Of a stretch of DNA of 5,490 nucleotides, positions 1 through 4,584 are shown piece after piece; the stretch's first letter is position 1, and every line of letters starts with the position of its first letter. Source of the DNA: Halalkalibacterium halodurans (GTDB lineage Bacteria > Bacillota > Bacilli > Bacillales > Bacillaceae_D); NCBI RefSeq assembly GCF_004376175.1, contig NZ_SNUY01000113.1:1-5490 (forward strand), read 5' to 3'. Under the pieces are notes generated by a model. The model was not told where the DNA came from, searched no databases, and saw nothing but the letters and a program-made list of their open reading frames with translations. The position numbers and the translations under genes were made by a program.

Positions 1-155
1 AGAAAGCATGATCTCTACCAGGATGGCATTCATATTTCCAACAAATGCATGAAATGCAAGTGTCATCTAATCAGAGGATAACAAAAGGCAATGAAATTCT
101 AAGATATTTAAAGCATTTTGAAGAAAACCTTAATTTATAGAGGGAGTGGAGGAAG

Positions 156-866
156 ATGAAACGAATACAAGTATCCCCTCACATCTATAAGCTGGAGAGT
201 TGGTTCTTGCTGAAAATGAGTGCTTGGATTGTGAAAGAGGACGAAGGCGTCTATATTGTCGATACAGGAATGCCTTATATGGGAAAACGAATTCTTAAAG
301 AAGCTGAAAAGTTAGGAAAAGTGAAAGGTGTCCTGTTAACACATGGTCACTCAGATCATGTAGGCGGGCTAAAAAAGATTTTAGACATCCAGGACCTCCC
401 AGTGTATGTTCATACGCTTGATATCAAACATATGGAAGGGAAAGAGCCTTTCCCAGGTCGAAAAAAAAGGGAATATTTAGTTGAACCGGGTGTTGCTAAG
501 CCATTGCCTGTTGATGAGGACGGGGAGTTTCGCTGTTTTGGAAATCTAGTACCTTACCATACACCAGGACATTCTCCAGGTCATGTCTGTTATTATCATA
601 AAAAAGATCGAGTCCTGTTAGGAGGCGATTTATTTACATCGAAGCGTGGCAAGTTACAGCAACCTATTAAAATGTTTACAGCGGATATGAATGAGGCTGT
701 GAGAAGTGGAGAGATTGTCAAAAAGCTTCAGCCAAGTAAAGTGAGTATTTGTCATGGGAATGATATTGACAATCCTCATACACAAATTAATGAATATTTG
801 ACCCATTACAAGTATGAGCGGAATGATCAACAAAAAATCAAAAACGAGGATCGTACGATCAGCTAA
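156..866 (+). CDS. MBL-fold metallo-hydrolase (metallo-beta-lactamase superfamily), substrate unknown
   Basis: 236-codon ORF from the supplied track. Shine-Dalgarno-like GGGAG/GGAGG at 142-152 lies just upstream of ATG 156. The protein carries the superfamily zinc-ligand motifs in canonical order: LLTHGHSDHVGG (HxHxDH), YHTPGHSPGH, GGDLF, ICHGN. Family assignment is from motif knowledge, not a search. Confidence 0.9.
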   Translation: MKRIQVSPHIYKLESWFLLKMSAWIVKEDEGVYIVDTGMPYMGKRILKEAEKLGKVKGVLLTHGHSDHVGGLKKILDIQDLPVYVHTLDIKHMEGKEPFPGRKKREYLVEPGVAKPLPVDEDGEFRCFGNLVPYHTPGHSPGHVCYYHKKDRVLLGGDLFTSKRGKLQQPIKMFTADMNEAVRSGEIVKKLQPSKVSICHGNDIDNPHTQINEYLTHYKYERNDQQKIKNEDRTIS

Positions 867-936
867 CCACTCTTTATGACATTAACACAATTGCAAAACA
901 TCATTTACGACAAATAAATGTTTTATGTAAGAAAAT

Positions 937-966
937 ATACCTTTTTATTCTAAAAAAGGTATTTTT
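937..966 (+). terminator. candidate rho-independent terminator downstream of the MBL gene
   Basis: Perfect 10-bp inverted repeat ATACCTTTTT (937-946) / AAAAAGGTAT (953-962) with a 6-nt loop, followed by TTTT at 963-966, about 70 nt after the stop at 864-866. The stem is A/U-rich (only 2 G:C pairs), so its strength is doubtful. An A-run on the left flank means it could act on either strand. Confidence 0.45.
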
Positions 967-994
967 CTATTGAATTTATAAAAATTATATTAAG

Positions 995-1038
995 TTTAGA
1001 AAAAATATGTTGAAATTTATAAAACGATGATTTGTTAT
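995..1038 (+). promoter_or_regulatory. candidate sigma-A-type promoter(s) for the thioesterase-hydrolase-KS operon
   Basis: AT-rich 217-bp intergenic region. Two alternative hexamer pairs have 17-nt spacers: TTTAGA (995-1000) / TATAAA (1018-1023) and TTGAAA (1010-1015) / TGTTAT (1033-1038). Neither is full consensus, and AT-rich DNA gives such matches by chance. Confidence 0.3.
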
Positions 1039-1067
1039 AACCTTAGGTTAGTAACCGTAGGTTATAA
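1035..1067. promoter_or_regulatory. double palindrome, operator-like element (TAACC-N3-GGTTA x2)
   Basis: TAACC-TTA-GGTTA (1038-1050), one base (G1051), then TAACC-GTA-GGTTA (1052-1064). The whole 33 bp TTATAACCTTAGGTTAGTAACCGTAGGTTATAA is a near-palindrome centred on 1051 (14 of 16 positions pair; outer arms TTATAACCT 1035-1043 / AGGTTATAA 1059-1067). It ends 3 nt before the AAGGAGGTG RBS (1071-1079) of the first operon gene. The cognate regulator is unknown and not in the window. Confidence 0.5.
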
Positions 1068-1083
1068 AGGAAGGAGGTGCTTA

Positions 1084-1772
1084 ATGCAGCTATTTTGCTT
1101 TCATTGTGCCGGTGGTTCGTCATCATTATTTAATGGTTGGGGATTTTCTGGAATTGAGACGATTCCCCTTGATTTACCGGGGAGAGGAAGACGAATTCGT
1201 GAGCCTTTTCATACAGATTTCCAGAGTGCAGCCCAAGATCTTGCCGGCGAAATTCAAAGAAAAAGAGTAAAGGGACAAGAGTGGGGGGTTTTTGGTCATA
1301 GTTTAGGAGCTATGCTAGCTTAAGAGGTAACGAGAATCTATCAAGATGAGTGGCTTAGCTTTCGTATCCTGAGTGGTGTTAGGCCGTTGCATCAATATAA
1401 AAATGATGTGAGTATACTCAAAGAAGATGATCGTACAATGATTCAGAAGCTAGTTGATATTGGTGGAATACCGTCTAAATATGCTGATCTTCCTGCGTTT
1501 GTTCAATGGTTTGCTCCTATTGTTCGTTCAGATTTACTGCTTGTCAAATCATTTCGATTTGTTCAAGATGATGCACCTATATCTACCTATGTTTAATTGG
1601 AACAAAAGATCTCATTACACGAAATAGCCCAGTCATAGAGTGGAGGAAGTGTTGGAGGCAATCCTTTCATTATGAAACATTCGAAGGAGATCATTTTCAC
1701 ATCTTAAAAAAGCCAGAAATTGTCGAACGTTTCATGAAAATGTTTCTGGGAAAAGTAGGTGAAGTCAGGTGA
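1084..1772 (+). pseudogene. type II thioesterase (GrsT/SrfAD-like, alpha/beta hydrolase), disrupted by one nonsense codon and one frameshift
   Basis: RBS AAGGAGGTG 1071-1079, ATG 1084. Three collinear pieces follow the type II thioesterase layout. Piece 1 (frame 1, 1084-1320): LFCFHCAGGSSSLFNGW...LPGRGRR...FGHSLGAMLA, ending at in-frame TAA 1321-1323. Piece 2 (frame 1, 1324-1593): EVTRIY...ILSGVRP...LVDIGGIPSKY...FAPIVRSDLLLVKSF...APISTYV. Piece 3 (frame 3, after a 1-nt frame change, to TGA 1770-1772): LIGTKDL...FEGDHFHILKKPEIVERF. Ser (GHSLG), Asp (GTKD) and His (GDHFH) are all still encoded. The repaired length is about 229 aa, normal for the family. Confidence 0.85.
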
Positions 1773-2854
1773 TTGCGTTAAAAGAGTTAAAACAATACGC
1801 CGACCTACATGTAAAAACACATTCATTCCAAGCGATCAACCCACGCCAAGTATTACAGAGCATTGAACGAGCAGCCTCAGAAGAGCCTACAGCGGGAGGG
1901 TGGGATTGGCAGTGGGTGGATGCTACCAACAAATGCTTGCAAGCAAATGCGATAGAAGATGCTATTCAATGTTACAATTTTGCGCGCTTTCCCTTTCCGA
2001 AAACGAGCTTACAGCAAGAGGCTGCAGCCCGTTTGACGAAGGTTTTTGAGCAAGCATATTGTAGGGAAGATGTACAAAAACATAGAGTTTATTATGATAA
2101 TCAAAAGGTAACTGTTTATGCTGCAAACCTTCATCCTGATCTTCCTTGTTTGCTCGTACTTGGTGGAATTGTGTCGATAAAGGAACAATGGAGTGTCTTT
2201 CTGCAAGTTGGAAAGCGGCTCGGATTTTCAGTCCTCATTACAGAATGTCCTGGTGTAGGAGAAAATCAAGTACGTTATAATGCAGACTCTTATCGGATGA
2301 TTGGCCAAATATTAGATACGTTTGCCGGACAAGCTAAGGTTGGTGACACGTATATTGTTGGTATGAGTTTTGGTGGTCATCTTGCTATGAAGCAAGCGTT
2401 ACATGACGAACGCATTAAAGGAATTACGACGGTAGGAGCCCCACTTCATTATTTCTTTCAAGACTATTCTCAATTGAATGTCCCTTTTATCACGCAAGCA
2501 ACGTTGGCTCATGTGATGGAGGAGGAATTAGACCATGTCGGACGAGCACTTTCTCGTTTCGCTTTTATGCCAAAAGAATTAAACAAGCTTAAAATTCCTA
2601 TTACTTATATTTTTAGTAGCAAAGATGAGATCATTCCTAAAAGTGAGAAATCATTTCTTCTTGACAACATAGCGAATTTGACATTTTACGAGTTTGATGA
2701 TGTTCATGGATCGCCGAATCATTTGCCTCTCATTCAAAAAATCATTCCTCTAAGCATCCTAAAGCATAGCAATAGCAAGAGGTACTTTGTTCGAATCATG
2801 TTAGCGTTTTTACTGACATACAACAAATGGAAGGGACGGGATGGGAAACGGTGA
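1769..2854 (+). CDS. alpha/beta hydrolase, FrsA/DUF1100-like subfamily (putative esterase/acyl hydrolase)
   Basis: 361-codon ORF. GTG 1769 is preceded by AGGTGA (1757-1762) at 6-nt spacing and overlaps the upstream stop (GTGA 1769-1772). Nucleophile elbow IVGMSFGGH (Ser codon 2366-2368), with later SSKDEIIP and DDVHGSPNH as plausible Asp/His. An N-terminal extension of about 120 aa and the blocks WDWQWV, CYNFARFPFPK, PCLLVLGGI, ITECPGVGEN resemble my recollection of E. coli FrsA (PF06500-type). The subfamily call is less certain than the fold. Confidence 0.85.
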   Translation: MIALKELKQYADLHVKTHSFQAINPRQVLQSIERAASEEPTAGGWDWQWVDATNKCLQANAIEDAIQCYNFARFPFPKTSLQQEAAARLTKVFEQAYCREDVQKHRVYYDNQKVTVYAANLHPDLPCLLVLGGIVSIKEQWSVFLQVGKRLGFSVLITECPGVGENQVRYNADSYRMIGQILDTFAGQAKVGDTYIVGMSFGGHLAMKQALHDERIKGITTVGAPLHYFFQDYSQLNVPFITQATLAHVMEEELDHVGRALSRFAFMPKELNKLKIPITYIFSSKDEIIPKSEKSFLLDNIANLTFYEFDDVHGSPNHLPLIQKIIPLSILKHSNSKRYFVRIMLAFLLTYNKWKGRDGKR

Positions 2855-4428
2855 ACTCATTAAAGGTTGCTGTCACAGGTATTGGAATTTTAACAAGCAT
2901 TGGACACAACAAAGAGGAAGTTTTTCAGAATATGCTTGACAATCAAACAGGAATTGGACCGATTCAGTCATTCGACGTACAAGAATTTATTAGCCAAATT
3001 GGGGCCGAGATTAGCTCCTTCCAGCCATCTGATCATTTTACACCTGAGGAACAGAAAGGGTTAGATCGTTGCGCTCAGTATGCTGTTGTTTCTATTAAGG
3101 AAGCCTTGGAGGAGGCAAGAGTAGATCAGACAGTAGAAAAAACGATTGGCTTAGCCTTTGGAACATGCAATGGTGGCCTGAATTCACTGGAAGAACAGAG
3201 AGCTTTACAGGAATTAGACCTAGAAAAAACACGAAATTATCCTTTTTATCAACAAGGAGATGTTGTAGCTAAATATTTCGGTTTAACTGGACCAGTCATC
3301 ACGTTAAACACTGCTTGTGCCGCAAGTGGAAATGCAATTGGATATGCGTGTGACATGATTCGCCACGGGTTTGCTGATGTCATGATCGCAGGTGGATCGG
3401 ATTCAATGTCCACTTCTGTATATGCGGGCTTTAATGCTTTAAAGGCTCTAAATGATCAACCATGTTCTCCTTATAATGAACAATATGGATTAAGTCTTGG
3501 AGAAGGTTCTGCTTTTCTTGTTTTGGAACCATTAGAAAAAGCGTTAGCAAGGGACGCAAAGGTGTATACGGTCGTAGAAGGTTATGGTTTGAGCAGTGAT
3601 GCCTATCATGAGACTGCTCCTCAGCCGGAGGGACAAGGCATTCGAAAAGCGGTTGAAATGGCCATTGAACAAGGGAATATTTCCAAAGATGAAATTGATT
3701 ACATTAATACACATGGAACCGGAACAAAAGCAAATGATCCTGCAGAATTGCGAGGGCTACGTGCTTACTTCGGCAAGCAATTCGACAACATTTACGTTAG
3801 CTCAAGTAAAGCGTATTTTGGTCACAATCTAGGAGCGGCTGCAGCAATTGAGTACGCGACGACATTGCTGGCATTAGAACAAGGTCTTCTCCCTGCAACA
3901 CTTCACTTTTCGCAGGCGAGGGAAGGCTGCAATCATCAGAAATTAGTGACAAACGAAATGAAATCATATAAACCAAAGTATTTTTTATGTAACAACTCAG
4001 CCTTTGGTGGACACAATTCTTCAATTCTATCAAAAAATGTATACCATCCAGCGTTCTCACCAGCTACGATCACCACCTCTAGTGCTGAGGAGAAGAAGCG
4101 AATTGGCGTTTATGGCTATGGAACCATTCATAGGTTGGCCGATCATGATGGAACACTTCTATCTAACTTACATCAAGATTCACCTACTACATTTCAACTA
4201 GATTTTTCCCTTAAAGAATATAATCGTTCATTATACGAAAGACGGATGAACCCACTAACTCAATATAGCATTGCAGCATGCGATTTAGCTTTAAAGAACA
4301 CTTCCCTTTCCAACATAGACAATGAACAAATTGGGCTTGTTTATGGAACTTCTCGTGGCAGCTTAAAAAGTGCGGAAAAATACTTAGGCCTGAATTATTC
4401 ATACCTCGAACATAAATCAGGGTTTTAG
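2827..4428 (+). CDS. beta-ketoacyl synthase (KAS I/II-type, Cys-His-His) fused in frame to the N-terminal fragment of a second KS-like domain; 3' end truncated by IS insertion
   Basis: ORF 2827-4428. The more likely start is GTG 2851 (VNSLKVAVTGIG..., overlapping the upstream stop as GTGA 2851-2854); neither candidate start has a strong SD. The first KS domain is complete: VAVTGIG, NTACAASG (Cys codon 3316-3318), AYHETAP, INTHGTGT, SSSKAYFGHNLGAAAA, NNSAFGGHNSSIL. After the linker PAFSPATITTSSAEEKK a second KS N-terminus starts near nt 4099: RIGVYGYGT, ERRMNPLTQYSIAACDLALKNTSL, IGLVYGTSRGS. It breaks off near 4388, where apparently IS-derived sequence supplies 12 codons and TAG 4426-4428. Confidence 0.85.
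   Translation: MEGTGWETVNSLKVAVTGIGILTSIGHNKEEVFQNMLDNQTGIGPIQSFDVQEFISQIGAEISSFQPSDHFTPEEQKGLDRCAQYAVVSIKEALEEARVDQTVEKTIGLAFGTCNGGLNSLEEQRALQELDLEKTRNYPFYQQGDVVAKYFGLTGPVITLNTACAASGNAIGYACDMIRHGFADVMIAGGSDSMSTSVYAGFNALKALNDQPCSPYNEQYGLSLGEGSAFLVLEPLEKALARDAKVYTVVEGYGLSSDAYHETAPQPEGQGIRKAVEMAIEQGNISKDEIDYINTHGTGTKANDPAELRGLRAYFGKQFDNIYVSSSKAYFGHNLGAAAAIEYATTLLALEQGLLPATLHFSQAREGCNHQKLVTNEMKSYKPKYFLCNNSAFGGHNSSILSKNVYHPAFSPATITTSSAEEKKRIGVYGYGTIHRLADHDGTLLSNLHQDSPTTFQLDFSLKEYNRSLYERRMNPLTQYSIAACDLALKNTSLSNIDNEQIGLVYGTSRGSLKSAEKYLGLNYSYLEHKSGF
4389..4402. repeat. candidate terminal inverted repeat (transposase-distal, IRR-type end) of the IS1380-family element
   Basis: CCTGAATTATTCAT matches 7 of the first 8 positions of the recalled ISEcp1 IRR complement CCTAAATTCCACGT. 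The partner repeat is outside the window, so it cannot be verified here. Confidence 0.4.
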
Positions 4429-4584
4429 GCCAAAAACGATTAGATTCCCGATCCCTTTGAAAGAATCATGGTTATTTTCTTCTGAAAAGCATCTTTCTAG
4501 AATGAGGAGCGGAAAAATGCCTGTTTTTGGGCATACTTCTCCCTTGGTCTTAAATCGTGTTTTAAAAAACAGGATTTTTCGATT

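Noticed and set aside
1-81. Open reading frames touch the left edge on both strands. The plus-strand frame 1 reads ...HDLYQDGIHISNKCMKCKCHLIRG and stops at TAA 79-81 (possible 3' end of an upstream Cys-rich protein). The minus-strand ORF starts at ATG 66-64 (MTLAFHAFVGNMNAILVEIMLS..., hydrophobic).
   Set aside because: Each has only 22-26 codons. Neither has a recognisable domain, the minus-strand ATG has no SD, and the two readings are mutually exclusive. The question cannot be resolved from this window.
461-468. A8 homopolymer inside the MBL CDS (cga aaa aaa agg, RKKR), a potential slipped-strand phase-variation site.
   Set aside because: The reading frame is intact. A-runs of this length are common in low-GC genomes, and nothing suggests a contingency locus.
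1038-1064. Resemblance of the central GGTTAGTAACC to the FapR (fatty-acid synthesis repressor) box, recalled as roughly TTAGTACC-N-GGTACTAA. This would have been attractive for a KS operon.
   Set aside because: The half-site sequence (TAACC versus GTACC) and the spacing (N3 versus N1) both differ, and my recollection of the consensus is imprecise. I do not claim a FapR site.
1027-1083. Upstream extension of the thioesterase ORF to ATG 1027 (MICYNLRLVTVGYKGRRCL...).
   Set aside because: There is no SD before 1027. These codons are simply the translated palindromic operator and the RBS AAGGAGGTG. ATG 1084 has ideal SD spacing and starts exactly at the conserved LFCF..AGG block.
2009-4402. Track ORFs nested in or antisense to the hydrolase and KS genes: 2009-2206(-), 3596-3832(+), 3797-4060(-), 4004-4201(+), 4211-4402(-).
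   Set aside because: All lie entirely within strongly supported CDSs in other frames. Their products are low-complexity or atypical, and none has an obvious SD. They are typical shadow ORFs of AT-rich DNA.
4384-4431. 7-bp direct repeat TTAGGCC at 4384-4390 and 4425-4431, straddling the proposed IS junction.
   Set aside because: Sequence identity stops immediately after the 7-mer. IS1380 target duplications flank the whole element rather than lying 41 bp apart. Most likely chance, noted only as a caveat on the exact IS boundary.
4517-4534. Hairpin ATGCC-N8-GGCAT which, read on the minus strand, is followed by TTTTT. It could be a terminator for the transposase gene.
   Set aside because: The stem is only 5 bp with an 8-nt loop, which is below what I would accept as an intrinsic terminator.
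4389-4584. An outward-facing promoter at the IS end (as in ISEcp1) that could drive antisense transcription into the KS gene.
   Set aside because: Scanning the minus strand of this segment gave no convincing -35/-10 pair with proper spacing. The idea rests only on family precedent.
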